DNA of 64,000 bases from Rhodobacter sp. (GTDB taxonomy: Bacteria; Pseudomonadota; Alphaproteobacteria; Rhodobacterales; Rhodobacteraceae): positions 4,860-68,859 of the forward strand of contig JBDHSO010000003.1 of the NCBI GenBank assembly GCA_039808125.1. Reading direction: 5' to 3'. The translations under genes and the position numbers were made by a program. Below the pieces are notes generated by a model, which was not told the origin of the DNA, ran no database searches, and saw only the letters and a program-made list of their open reading frames with translations. The number at the start of each line of letters is the position of its first letter. Positions within the stretch are counted from its first letter, which is position 1. Shown one piece after another: positions 10,096-23,738 of the stretch.

Positions 10096-11163
10096 CTATC
10101 CGACGATCAGTCGCGGGCCGGGATCCGCGTCGCCCACGCGACCCACCACGGCAGCATCGGCGAAGCCATGGGTCGAAAACACCGCCAGAACATCCTCGGC
10201 GGTCTCGGGGGTGCAGGCGACCAGAAGGCCGCCCGAGGTCTGCGGATCGGTGATCAGCGTCTGGACCTCGGTCGGCAGGCCCGGATCCAGCGCCACCTCG
10301 GCGCCATAGCTGGCCCAGTTCCGCCCCGAGGCGCCGGTGACAAGGCCCTGCGCCATCAACTCGCGCACGCCGGGCAGGACGGGCACGGCCGCCCAGTCCA
10401 GCGCGACATGGCAGCCCGCGCCGCGCATCATTTCCAGCGCATGCCCGGCCAGGCCGAATCCGGTGACATCGGTCAGCGCATGAACCCCCGGCAGGCGGGC
10501 CAGATCGGGGCCGGGGGTATTCAGCCGCGTCGTGGTGGCGATCATCCGGTCATAATCCTCGGCCGAAAGCGCCTCCTTCTTCAGCGCCGCGGAATAGATG
10601 CCGACGCCGATGGGCTTGCCCAGGATCAGCAGGTCGCCGGGGCGGGCGCCGGCGTTCTTCTTGACCAGCGCGGGATCGACCAGACCAAGCGCGACAAGGC
10701 CATAGATCGGCTCGACCGAATCGATGGTGTGCCCGCCCGCGATGGGAATGCCCGCCGCCCGGCAGGCCTCGGCCCCGCCCGACAGGATGCGGCCGATGGT
10801 CTCGACCGAAAGGACGCCGATCGGCATGCCCACCAGCGCCAGCGCCAGGATCGGCGTGCCGCCCATGGCATAGACGTCGGAAATCGCATTGGTCGCCGCG
10901 ATCCGGCCGAAATCGTACGGGTCGTCCACGATGGGCATGAAGAAATCGGTGGTGGCGACCAGCGCCTGCCGGTCGTTCAGCCGCCAGACCGCGGCATCGT
11001 CCGAGGTCTCGATGCCGACCAGCAGGTCTTCGGGCACCGGCAGGCCGGGGGTGGCCCGCAGGATGCCCGACAGCACGCCGGGGGCGATCTTGCAGCCGCA
11101 GCCGCCGCCATGGGACAACGAGGTCAGCCGCGGTTCGGGTTTGCTGGGCGCGGAGGCATTCAT
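10096..11163 (-). CDS. selD: Selenide, water dikinase (Cys type)
   Basis: SHGGGCGCK, DDAAV, TTDFFMP, SDVYAMGG, GGHTI, DVTGFGLAGH and DPQTSGGLL. Confidence 0.95.
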   Translation of the reverse strand: MNASAPSKPEPRLTSLSHGGGCGCKIAPGVLSGILRATPGLPVPEDLLVGIETSDDAAVWRLNDRQALVATTDFFMPIVDDPYDFGRIAATNAISDVYAMGGTPILALALVGMPIGVLSVETIGRILSGGAEACRAAGIPIAGGHTIDSVEPIYGLVALGLVDPALVKKNAGARPGDLLILGKPIGVGIYSAALKKEALSAEDYDRMIATTTRLNTPGPDLARLPGVHALTDVTGFGLAGHALEMMRGAGCHVALDWAAVPVLPGVRELMAQGLVTGASGRNWASYGAEVALDPGLPTEVQTLITDPQTSGGLLVACTPETAEDVLAVFSTHGFADAAVVGRVGDADPGPRLIVG

Positions 11164-12215
11164 CGCGGTGCTCTTTCGGTGATCATATCGGCGAGTTTCC
11201 GGGCGAGGTGGGGCAGCGCCTCGGGGGCGAGGCTTTCGGCGGCAAGGTCCGTCACCAGCACATCCATCCGGCTGCGGTGACGTTGATAGCGCGGGTCATA
11301 ATGATGCAGCATCAGATCTTCCGCCAGCGTTGCAAAGGAATTTGCGCGGGCCATTGCCAGCCAGTCCTCGATTCGATCGGCCGGATGCCAGGGGCGCAGG
11401 CGGTTCAAAATCGCGTCCAGCCGGGCGGTATCGGCGGTGACATCGGCATAGGCGCGCGTCAGATAGGCCGCGCGCGCGGCACGCGGCACCTCCAGCGCCA
11501 CCCTCGGAGCCGTCGCGATGGCCTTCCACAGCGGCGCGGGCACCGCCAGATCGCCGACCTTGGCGCTTTCGGCCTCTACCACCACCGGCCGCGCGGGATC
11601 GAGGCGCGACAGAGCAACCGCGATCCGGCCTTCAAAGGCCTTTTGCGACGGCTGCGGCCCCAGGGCGCCGAACAGCGATCCACGGTGATTCGCCAGCCCC
11701 TCAAGGTCCAGAACCTGAAGGCCCAGCCCGGGCAGCAGGTTCAGAAGTTCGGTCTTGGCAGATCCGGTGTTGCCATCCAGCACCACGACCGGCGCGGGCA
11801 CCGGCCGTTCGCGCACCGCCTGGACCACCAGCGCGCGCCAGGCCTTGTAGCCGCCGGCCAAGGTCTCGACCCGCCAGCCGACCTGCGCAAGTATGGTTGC
11901 GAAGGCGCCCGACCTTTGCCCGCCCCGCCAGCAATAGACCAGCGGCCGCCAGCCGCCGCCCCGGTCGGCCAGCGGCCCCTCCAGATGCGCCGCCACATTG
12001 CGCGCCAACAGCGCGCCACCCAGCTTGCGGGCGGTGAAGGGCGAGACCTGCTTGTAGATCGTGCCGACACGGGCGCGCTCGGCGTCATCGAGGACCGGCA
12101 GGCTGATCGCGCCGGGCAGGTGATCCTCGGCATATTCCGACGGCGCGCGGGCGTCGATGATCTCGTCGAAGCCATGGGCGGCAAGGTCGGACAGCGAGGT
12201 GAGCGTGATGGCCAT
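11160..12215 (-). CDS. selU: tRNA 2-selenouridine(34) synthase
   Basis: Rhodanese domain YCWRGGQRS, GNTGSAKTELL, DLEGLANHRGSLFG and VEAES. Overlaps selD by 4 nt. Confidence 0.93.
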   Translation of the reverse strand: MAITLTSLSDLAAHGFDEIIDARAPSEYAEDHLPGAISLPVLDDAERARVGTIYKQVSPFTARKLGGALLARNVAAHLEGPLADRGGGWRPLVYCWRGGQRSGAFATILAQVGWRVETLAGGYKAWRALVVQAVRERPVPAPVVVLDGNTGSAKTELLNLLPGLGLQVLDLEGLANHRGSLFGALGPQPSQKAFEGRIAVALSRLDPARPVVVEAESAKVGDLAVPAPLWKAIATAPRVALEVPRAARAAYLTRAYADVTADTARLDAILNRLRPWHPADRIEDWLAMARANSFATLAEDLMLHHYDPRYQRHRSRMDVLVTDLAAESLAPEALPHLARKLADMITERAPR

Positions 12216-12284
12216 GGGAGCGAGCCATAGCGCAGCCCGATGCGGGCGGAAAGGGCCGCCTGTGCCGCGATGCTGCGGCTCGCG

Positions 12285-13271
12285 TCAGGCGCCGGCTGTG
12301 CGCCGCAGCATCGCAGCATAGGCAGCCGCGGCGCTGGTCTCCACGTCCTGCTGCACGGCGCGGCGTTGCCGCACCCGTTTGCGCCGCGCGGCATCCATCT
12401 CTTCCAGCGGTTTGTGCGGCAGCGGGAAGCGCAGCAGGTAATGCGGCCCCAGCGGCACGCCCCCCAGCGTCTGCCAGAACTGATCATAGGCCCGTTCGAA
12501 CTGTTCGGCGCGGTCAGGCGTGTTCGAGGGATGCATGCGCGCCCCGATGCCCACGGCGACATCGGTCTGTTGCGCCCGCAACAGGCCGGCAAAGGCCGCG
12601 ATCAGCATCTGAGCCACGGTCACGCGATGGAAGGCGCGATGAAAGTCGGGCTGATAGGTGCGATCCTGTGTCAGGTGCTTGCGCGTGATGAAGTCGACCA
12701 GCGGCGGCAGGCCGCCCCTGCCATGCGGATCGAGAATTCGCGAGGGCAGGAGGGAGAAGGACAGGATGCCGATCGATTCGCCCGCGGCGCGAAAGACGAC
12801 GCTCAGCCCGCCTTCGCGGCAGACATCGCGCCCGGTTTGCAGCAGAATGTCATAACCGCCGTCCCCGCTGCCGGCCCGCCAGAGCGGCAGCCCGTCGTTC
12901 AGATAGACGGCGCGGAAATAATCGTCGCACAGCGCGGTGTCCTCGTGGCGGTAATGCGCCGCGGCGGCAAGGATCCGGGCGCGCGGGGTGAAATCGCGCG
13001 AAAGGAAGTAGCGGTGCGAGAGATAGAGCAGCGGATCGCCGCGCCCCTGTTCCGCGACATGGACGGCAAAACTGCGGGAATTGCAAAGATCGGCGCCGGG
13101 GCCGGGTGCAAGGACAACCCGCGCCCTCCGCCCCGCCCGCAACAGCGTTACCGGCATGGGAAAGGCATGAAAGTCCCGCCTCAACCCCCTGGCGAAGGCG
13201 CGTAGCAGGCCGGGTTGTGGCAAAGGCGCGGATGGGCGAGGCAAGGCAGTTCTATCAACCCCAGAGAACAT
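12285..13271 (-). CDS. DUF535 / VirK-YbjX-like protein (start uncertain)
   Basis: Resembles DUF535 blocks: RYFLSRDF..R..A.HY, REGGLSV, YDQFWQTLGG and PLPHKPLEEM...RKR.R.RR. Confidence 0.55.
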   Translation of the reverse strand: MFSGVDRTALPRPSAPLPQPGLLRAFARGLRRDFHAFPMPVTLLRAGRRARVVLAPGPGADLCNSRSFAVHVAEQGRGDPLLYLSHRYFLSRDFTPRARILAAAAHYRHEDTALCDDYFRAVYLNDGLPLWRAGSGDGGYDILLQTGRDVCREGGLSVVFRAAGESIGILSFSLLPSRILDPHGRGGLPPLVDFITRKHLTQDRTYQPDFHRAFHRVTVAQMLIAAFAGLLRAQQTDVAVGIGARMHPSNTPDRAEQFERAYDQFWQTLGGVPLGPHYLLRFPLPHKPLEEMDAARRKRVRQRRAVQQDVETSAAAAYAAMLRRTAGA

Positions 13272-13460
13272 GCGACATGTGGCTCCGAATGGTTTCCATG
13301 TTTTCGACAATAGTCAGGTACTGTGAAAAAAGGGGCAAGAGTACGGCCCGTTGCCGGCCATTTGGCGCAAGCGGACAAAGTCGGCCCGCGCAAGGGGGCG
13401 TGATTGCGGGCGGGGCGCGCGCGCGGCCATATCTGCGCCCCCCCCGATGCGCGGCTGCGA

Positions 13461-14285
<825 letters not shown>

Positions 14286-14384
14286 ATGGGGCACCTTCCT
14301 GTTGCTGCGCGCGTCTTAGGGGAAAGCCCGGCGCTTGTCAGCGGTCGCAATGTCGCGGCCCCCGATTTTCGGCCGGCCGGCCGC

Positions 14385-15317
14385 TCAGAACGGGCCGGGT
14401 GCGGGATTCGCGCCGCAGACCAGCACGGCGACCCTTTCGCCCGGCTCGGGGACATAGGCGCCCGAGGTCAGCGCGGCCAGCGCGCAGGCCCCGGCCGGTT
14501 CCACCCATTGCCGCAGCCCGTGCCAGAGCCGGGCCTGCGCCCCGGCGATCGCCGCATCGCTGACAAGAACCGATGTCACTCGCCGGTCTCTGGCCAGGTC
14601 ATAGGCCAGCCGGCCGATCTGCCGCGCGCCAAGCGCATTGGCGGCGATGCCGCCCACATCTGTCTCGGCCTCGGGGCCTTCGGCCAGGGCACGGGCCAGC
14701 GTGGGCGCAAGTTCCGGTTCCACCGCCACCAGCTTGCGCCGCCCGCCAAGCCAGGCAAGCGCGCCGCCGATCAATCCGCCGCCGCCCACCGCGATCAGCA
14801 CGGTGTCGGCGGCAAGACCCTGTTCCTCCCATTCCTTCATCAGCGTTCCCTGCCCGGCCAGCGTGGCGGGCGCGTCATAGGCGTGGATCATCAGCGCGCC
14901 GGTCCGGTCGTGCCAGGCTTCGGCCCGGGCGAAGGCATCGGGGTAAAAGCCCGGCACCACCTCAAGCGCGGCGCCCTGCGCCTCGATCAGGGCGATCTTG
15001 GCCGGCCCGGCGATCTCCGGCACGAAGATGCGGGCCTGCACGCCCAGCCGGGCCGCCGCTGCCGCCACCGCCGCGCCGTGATTGCCGCCCGAGGCCGCCA
15101 CGACGCCCGCGTCGGTCAGAGGTAGCGACAGAAGGCTGTTGAACGCCCCGCGTGCCTTGAAGCTGCCGCTGACCTGCATCTGTTCGAGCTTGAGTTCCAC
15201 CGCGAACGGCAGGCCGAGTTCGCGGCTTTCCAGCACCGGTGTGCGCAGAAGCCAGGGCGCGATGCGCATCTGCGCGGCGGCAATGTCATCGGCGGTCGGG
15301 GCAGGTGTTGCGGGCAC
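14385..15317 (-). CDS. PLP-dependent serine/threonine dehydratase family protein
   Basis: KLEQMQVSGSFKARG, ASGGNHG, GGGGL and EPAGA. Confidence 0.88.
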   Translation of the reverse strand: MPATPAPTADDIAAAQMRIAPWLLRTPVLESRELGLPFAVELKLEQMQVSGSFKARGAFNSLLSLPLTDAGVVAASGGNHGAAVAAAAARLGVQARIFVPEIAGPAKIALIEAQGAALEVVPGFYPDAFARAEAWHDRTGALMIHAYDAPATLAGQGTLMKEWEEQGLAADTVLIAVGGGGLIGGALAWLGGRRKLVAVEPELAPTLARALAEGPEAETDVGGIAANALGARQIGRLAYDLARDRRVTSVLVSDAAIAGAQARLWHGLRQWVEPAGACALAALTSGAYVPEPGERVAVLVCGANPAPGPF

Positions 15318-15386
15318 GGGGGCGCCTTTCCGGGTGGCATGCGTGGCGACAGCAGCCTATTCTGCGGAAAATCGCAAGGAAAGCAC

Positions 15387-16205
15387 ATGAAGGACGACCG
15401 GCGCACGCATCCCTTCCGGCACAGCACGCAGGACATCGAGACGGCGAAGCGGATTCCCGATACGCCGCAGACCCGCTCGCCCTCCTACCGGCTGGCCTTT
15501 GCCGATCACGATTTCCTGACGCGCGAGGAATTGCGCCCGGTGCGCCTGCAACTGGAGCTTCTGAAGCCGCAGATGGAGATGGACGCCCGCGGGATCGAAT
15601 CGACCGTGGTGATGTTCGGCGGCGCCCGCATCCTTCCGCCCGACAGGGCGGCCGGGGCCAGCACGCCCGAACTGGCCGCGCTGTCGTGCTATTATACCCA
15701 GGCGCAGATCTTTGCCCGGATCATGACCGAGCGCAGCCTTGCCTCCGGCAACCGCCGCTGGGTGGTGATGACGGGCGGCGGCCCCGGCGTGATGGAGGCC
15801 GGCAACCGCGGCGCCGCCGAGGCGGGGGGCCAATCCGTCGGGTTGAACATCGTGCTACCGCACGAGCAGGCGCCGAACAGCTATGTGACGCCGGAACTTG
15901 CCTTCAACTTCCATTACTTCGCTATCCGCAAGATGCATTTCCTGATGCGGGCGGCGGCGATCTGCGTCTTCCCGGGGGGCTTCGGCACGCTGGATGAAAC
16001 CTTCGAGACGCTGACGCTGATCCAGACCCGCCGGATGAAGCCTATTCCCTTCCTGCTCTTCGGCCGGGACTGGTGGAGCCGGGTGGTGAACTGGGAGATG
16101 CTGGCCGAATCGGGGCTGATCGCGCAGAAGGATCTCTCGCTTTTCAGCATGGTCGAGACCGCGGACGAGGCGGTGGCCGCCATCGATGCCTGGCCGGCCG
16201 GCTGA
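15387..16205 (+). CDS. LOG family (TIGR00730) nucleotide phosphoribohydrolase
   Basis: TGGGPGVMEA, FAIRKMHF and PGGFGTLDE. Confidence 0.88.
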   Translation: MKDDRRTHPFRHSTQDIETAKRIPDTPQTRSPSYRLAFADHDFLTREELRPVRLQLELLKPQMEMDARGIESTVVMFGGARILPPDRAAGASTPELAALSCYYTQAQIFARIMTERSLASGNRRWVVMTGGGPGVMEAGNRGAAEAGGQSVGLNIVLPHEQAPNSYVTPELAFNFHYFAIRKMHFLMRAAAICVFPGGFGTLDETFETLTLIQTRRMKPIPFLLFGRDWWSRVVNWEMLAESGLIAQKDLSLFSMVETADEAVAAIDAWPAG

Positions 16206-16253
16206 CGGTCGCTGCCTTGTCCGGCTGCCTGCCTCCGGGGGAGAATCGTCGAG

Positions 16254-17357
16254 ATGCGGCTCTTTAAATGCCAATGCTGCGGCCAGGTGCTGCATTTCGA
16301 GAATACGGCCTGCCTGAACTGCGGCCGGCCCGTCGGCTATCTGCCCGGCGTGAACCGGATGGTGGCGGTCGAGGCGGATGGGCCGGTCTGGCGCATGGCA
16401 CCGGCCGAGGCCGGGCCGGCGGCGTTGCCGCCCGATGCCGCATTACGCTTTTGCCGCAACTGGGAACTGACCGGCTGCAACTGGATGCTGCCGGCCCCCG
16501 AGGGTGACGAGGCCGCGTCGGGCGGCTATTGCCGGGCTTGCCGGCACAACCGCATCGTTCCCGACCTGACCGACCCCCTCCTCCATACCCGCTGGCAAAA
16601 GATCGAGACGGCGAAGCGGCGGCTCTACTACAGCCTTCTGCGTCTGGGCCTGCCGCTTCCCCTGCCTGGAAGCGGCCATCCGGAACCGCTGGTCTTCGAC
16701 TTTCTTGCCGACGACCCCGGAGCGGCGCAGCGGGTGATGACCGGCCATTCCGGCGGCGTGGTCACGATCGCCCTGTCCGAGGCCGACGATGCCGGACGCG
16801 AGGCGATGCGCGCCCAGATGGGCGAGGCCTATCGCACCCTGCTTGGCCATTTCCGCCACGAGATCGGCCATTATTACTGGGATCTGCTGGTGTGCGGCGG
16901 CGGAGCGGTCGATGCCTTCCGTACCGTTTTCGGCGACGAGACACAGGATTATCGCGCGGCGCTGGACCGCTATTACGGCGGAACCCCGCCCGCTGGCTGG
17001 GAGGGAACCCATGTCTCGGCCTATGCCACGATGCATCCGTGGGAGGATTGGGCCGAGACCTGGGCGCATTACCTGCATATGGTCGACACGCTGGAAACCG
17101 CCGCCGCCTTCGGCATGACCATCGACCCGGCGGTCGACGGGGACGGCGAGCTTTCGGCGGAGATCGACTTCGACGCCTACCGGACCCGGCGCCTGCCACG
17201 GCTGATCGCGGCCTGGATGCCGCTGACCGTGGCGCTGAACGCGCTGGCGCGGTCGGTGGGGCAACGCGACCTCTATCCTTTCGTCCTGCCCGCGACGGTG
17301 CTGGAAAAACTGGGCTTCGTCCATCGGCTGGTGACGGTCATGCGGATCCCCGCCTGA
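16254..17357 (+). CDS. Putative zinc-binding metallopeptidase (zinc ribbon plus DUF2248-like)
   Basis: N-terminal CxC..CxxC ribbon, YRTLLGHFRHEIGHYYW and HPWEDWAETWAHYLH. Confidence 0.82.
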   Translation: MRLFKCQCCGQVLHFENTACLNCGRPVGYLPGVNRMVAVEADGPVWRMAPAEAGPAALPPDAALRFCRNWELTGCNWMLPAPEGDEAASGGYCRACRHNRIVPDLTDPLLHTRWQKIETAKRRLYYSLLRLGLPLPLPGSGHPEPLVFDFLADDPGAAQRVMTGHSGGVVTIALSEADDAGREAMRAQMGEAYRTLLGHFRHEIGHYYWDLLVCGGGAVDAFRTVFGDETQDYRAALDRYYGGTPPAGWEGTHVSAYATMHPWEDWAETWAHYLHMVDTLETAAAFGMTIDPAVDGDGELSAEIDFDAYRTRRLPRLIAAWMPLTVALNALARSVGQRDLYPFVLPATVLEKLGFVHRLVTVMRIPA

Positions 17358-17386
17358 CCTACCAACCGGCGGTTGCGGCAGACAAG

Positions 17387-17402
17387 CCACAACATCTAGG
17401 GG
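17387..17402 (+). promoter_or_regulatory. Putative NrdR box
   Basis: CCACAACATCTAGGGG resembles the NrdR consensus acaCwAtATaTwGtgt and sits just upstream of an RNR operon promoter. Confidence 0.5.
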
Positions 17403-17427
17403 TCAGGTAACAGATCATTACATCTGA

Positions 17428-17456
17428 TTGACGGGCTGCGTCAGGGGTGGCTAATT
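17428..17456 (+). promoter_or_regulatory. Putative sigma70 promoter of the riboswitch-nrdHIEF transcript
   Basis: TTGACG-N16/17-GCTAAT immediately before the riboswitch. Confidence 0.5.
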
Positions 17457-17459
17457 GGG

Positions 17460-17620
17460 CCGGTCATGGTGCCCGGGGCGACTCGGGTGAAGACGGGAAG
17501 TCCGGTGCAAATCCGGGGCTGCCCCCGCAGCTGTAAGCGGCAAGCGAGGCCGAACATGCCACCGGGCAACCGGGAAGGCCGGTCAAGCGAGGACCCGCAA
17601 GCCAGAAGACCTGCCATGAC
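17460..17620 (+). promoter_or_regulatory. Cobalamin (AdoCbl) riboswitch
   Basis: GGTGCCC...AAGACGGGAAGTCCGGTGCAAATCCGGGGCTGCCCCCGCAGCTGTAA...GCCACCGGG...CCGGGAAGG...GCCAGAAGACCTGCC, closed by a GTCAT/ATGAC stem. Confidence 0.95.
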
Positions 17621-17734
17621 GACGACAAAGAAACCGCGCGGCGGGCGCGGGGTGTCGGGGCCTCTGGCCGCTTTCGGGCGGCCTGTCCCGTGCCCGTTCG
17701 GCCGGCGCCAGAAACGAAAAGGGACTTGAGGCAA

Positions 17735-17956
17735 ATGGTCGTGACCGTCTATTCCAAACCCGCCTGCGTGCAATGCACCGCCACCACCCGCGCGCTGGAC
17801 GCCCGGGGCATTTCCTACAGCGTCATCGACCTGACCGAGGATGCCGCCGCCATGGAGATGATCGCCGGTCTTGGCTACCGGCAGGCGCCGGTCGTCGTTG
17901 CGGGGGAGGCGCATTGGGCGGGCTTTCGGCCCGACATGATCGGCCGGCTCGCCTGA
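17735..17956 (+). CDS. nrdH: Glutaredoxin-like NrdH redoxin
   Basis: YSKPACVQC, GYRQAPVV and WAGFRPD. Confidence 0.95.
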   Translation: MVVTVYSKPACVQCTATTRALDARGISYSVIDLTEDAAAMEMIAGLGYRQAPVVVAGEAHWAGFRPDMIGRLA

Positions 17957-17966
17957 GGATGCGGCC

Positions 17967-18379
17967 ATGCCCGGGCTTGTCTATTATTCGTCGGCCTCGG
18001 GCAATACCGCGCGGTTCATCGCGCGCCTTGGCCTGCCGGCACTGCGCATCCCGATTCGCCCCGGCGATCCGATGCCCGCCCCGGTTTCGCCCTTCGTCCT
18101 GGTCACGCCCAGCTATGCAGATGGCGAGGGCAGGGGCGCCGTGGCCAAGCAGATCATCCGGTTTCTGAACGATCCCGACCGCCGGGCGCTGATCCGCGGG
18201 GTCATCGCCAGTGGCAACCGCAGTTTCGGCGCCACCTATGCTTGCGCCGGCGGGGTTGTTTCTGCCAAGTGCAATGTCCCGGTCCTCTATCGATTCGAAC
18301 TGGCCGGACTGGATACAGACATCGCCCGCGTCCGTGCCGGGCTGGAAAAATTCTGGGCGGCGCAGCCGCAGGGGGAATC

Positions 18380-18398
<19 letters not shown>
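17967..18398 (+). CDS. nrdI: Class Ib RNR flavodoxin NrdI
   Basis: [20 protein letters not shown] and YRFELAG. Confidence 0.95.
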
Positions 18399-21566
<3,168 letters not shown>

Positions 21567-21624
21567 TCGCCGCCGTGTCGCCGGCGGGACAGACAGGCCG
21601 CGGGCGGCGAAGGACGGTCGAGCC

Positions 21625-22566
21625 ATGGCTGAGACCTCATCTCCGGGGCAACCGGCGCTGACCGGAATATTGCTCATCACCGGCGGCGCGCTGATCTTTT
21701 CGATCAACGACATGGCGATGAAGCATCTGTCGGGCACTTATGCGCTGCATCAGATCATCCTGATCCGCGCGATGATCGGCATGGCGTTCCTGTTCGCGAT
21801 CGCGATCCCATCGGCGGGCTACGGCTTCGCCCGCACCCGGCGGCCGGGCCTGCATCTGCTGCGGGTGACGGTGATCCTGATCTCGAACGTGACCTATTTC
21901 ACCGGGCTTGCGCGGATGGCGCTCGCCGATGCGGCGGCGGTGGCCTATGTCAGCCCGCTGGTCGTGACCGCTTTGTCGGTGGTGGTCCTGGGCGAAAAGG
22001 TCGGGCCGCGGCGCTGGACGGCGGTGCTGATCGGGCTGGCGGGCATCGTGGTGATGCTGCGCCCGGGGGCGGGGGTGATCCAGCCGGCGGCGCTGTTGGT
22101 GCTGATTTCGGCGGTGATGTATGCTTCTGGCAACCTGCTGACGCGGCGCATGGGCGGCACGGAAAGCGCGATGACGCTGGCCTTCCATGTGCAGCTTGGC
22201 TTCATCGTCGCCTCGGCGACGATGGGGATCTGGGTGGGCGACGGCCATCTGGCAACCGACGATCCGCTGTGGTCGTTCCTGTTCCGGCCCTGGTTCTGGC
22301 CGCCGGCTGCCGACTGGCCCTGGCTGCTGGCGACCGGGCTTTCGGTTTCGATCGGCGGGCTGATGGTCTCGCAGGCCTATCGCACCACCGAAGCAGGGCT
22401 GATCGCGCCCTTTGAATATGCCGGCATGCCGATGGCGATCTTCTGGGGCATCACGATCTTCGGCACCTGGCCCGATGCGCAATCCTGGCTGGGGATTGCG
22501 CTCATCTGCGGATCGGGGCTCTATGTGGTGCTGCGCGAGGCGCAGATCCGGCGCGAGCGGCGGTGA
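21625..22566 (+). CDS. DMT/EamA family transporter
   Basis: About 10 TM segments, LGEKVGPRRW and APFEYAG. Confidence 0.9.
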   Translation: MAETSSPGQPALTGILLITGGALIFSINDMAMKHLSGTYALHQIILIRAMIGMAFLFAIAIPSAGYGFARTRRPGLHLLRVTVILISNVTYFTGLARMALADAAAVAYVSPLVVTALSVVVLGEKVGPRRWTAVLIGLAGIVVMLRPGAGVIQPAALLVLISAVMYASGNLLTRRMGGTESAMTLAFHVQLGFIVASATMGIWVGDGHLATDDPLWSFLFRPWFWPPAADWPWLLATGLSVSIGGLMVSQAYRTTEAGLIAPFEYAGMPMAIFWGITIFGTWPDAQSWLGIALICGSGLYVVLREAQIRRERR

Positions 22567-22634
22567 CATCTGCCGCCCCCGGGGGCGCCGGTCTCCCGGC
22601 CCCTTGCCGATGGCGGAGAAGGAAGCCCGATCGC

Positions 22635-23555
22635 ATGACCCCCGATCTCATCCCGTTCGACGCCGAATCACTCCTGACCTGGCCGGGGCTTCTTGCGGCG
22701 CTGGAGGCCGGCCATCGCCTGCCGCAGCCCGACATCAAGGATCTGTTCTGCTATCGCGGCCCGGACACGATGCTGGACCGGGCCACCTGGATCGACGGAA
22801 TCGGGGCGCTTGTGAAGGTGGCGATCGTGGCGCCGGGCAATGCGGCGCGGGGCAGGCCCACGATCAACGGCTCGGTCACGCTTTACGACGACATCGGCGG
22901 GGAGCTTTCGGCGCTGATCGACTTCCACCTCGTGACCAAGTGGAAGACGGCCGGCGACAGTCTGCTGTCGGCCTCGAAACTGGCGCGGCCGGACAGCCGG
23001 CGCATCCTGCTGGTCGGCGGCGGAACGGTGGCGCGGTCGATGGTCGAGGCCTATTCCAGCCTGTTTCCGGGGGCCGAGATCCGCATCTGGTCGCGCACCG
23101 CCGCCACGGCCGAGGCGACGGCGGCGGCATTGGGGCTGGCGGTGGCCCGGGATCTGGAGGCGGCGGTGCGCTGGGCCGAGGTGATCTGCACCTGCACCAT
23201 GTCGACAAAGCCGCTGATCCGCGGCGACTGGCTGCAGCCGGGCCAGCACCTCGACCTGATCGGCGCTTATATGCCCGACATGCGCGAGGTGGACGATGCC
23301 GCGATGGCGCGCGCGCGGGTCTTTGTCGATGCGCGGGCAACCACGGTCCACCAGATCGGCGAGATCATGTAGCCCATCGCCTCAGGCGCCATGACCGAGG
23401 CGTCGATCATTGCGGATTTCTACGACCTCGCTTCGGGGCGGTATGCGCGCCAGTCGCAGGACGAGATCACCATCGCCAAAAACGGCGGCGGCGCGCATCT
23501 CGACCTGATGACGGCTGCCTATATCCAGGACTGCTGGCGCCGGCGGACCGCCTGA
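22635..23555 (+). pseudogene. Ornithine cyclodeaminase/mu-crystallin family gene interrupted by an in-frame TAG at 23370-23372
   Basis: LVGGGTVA Rossmann fold, GQHLDLIGAY and MREVDD. After the TAG the same frame continues for 60 codons with the family C-terminus (DEITIAKNGGGAHLDLMTA) to TGA at 23555. Confidence 0.8.
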
Positions 23556-23558
23556 GGC

Positions 23559-23738
23559 TCAGTCGAGCTTGCGCGCTTCCGAAACCAGCATCACCGGAAT
23601 GCCGTCGCGCACCGGAAAGGCCAGATGCGCGGCTTTCGAGATCAGTTCCTGACGCTCCGGGTCCCAGGTCAGGACGGCATGGGTCACGGGGCAGACCAGC
23701 GCCTCGAGCATGCGGCGGTCGGCGGCGGGATCGGTCAT
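23559..23738 (-). CDS. Trm112/YcaR family protein
   Basis: LEALVCPVT...[12 protein letters not shown]. Confidence 0.9.
   Translation of the reverse strand: MTDPAADRRMLEALVCPVTHAVLTWDPERQELISKAAHLAFPVRDGIPVMLVSEARKLD

Noticed and set aside
10096-11163. Possible selenoprotein SelD
   Set aside because: The active site reads GCGCK with Cys codons and no in-frame TGA.
23370-23372. Pyrrolysine or selenocysteine recoding of the stop in the cyclodeaminase gene
   Set aside because: The codon is TAG, not TGA, so Sec is excluded. No pyl genes are visible, and pyrrolysine is not expected in this lineage.
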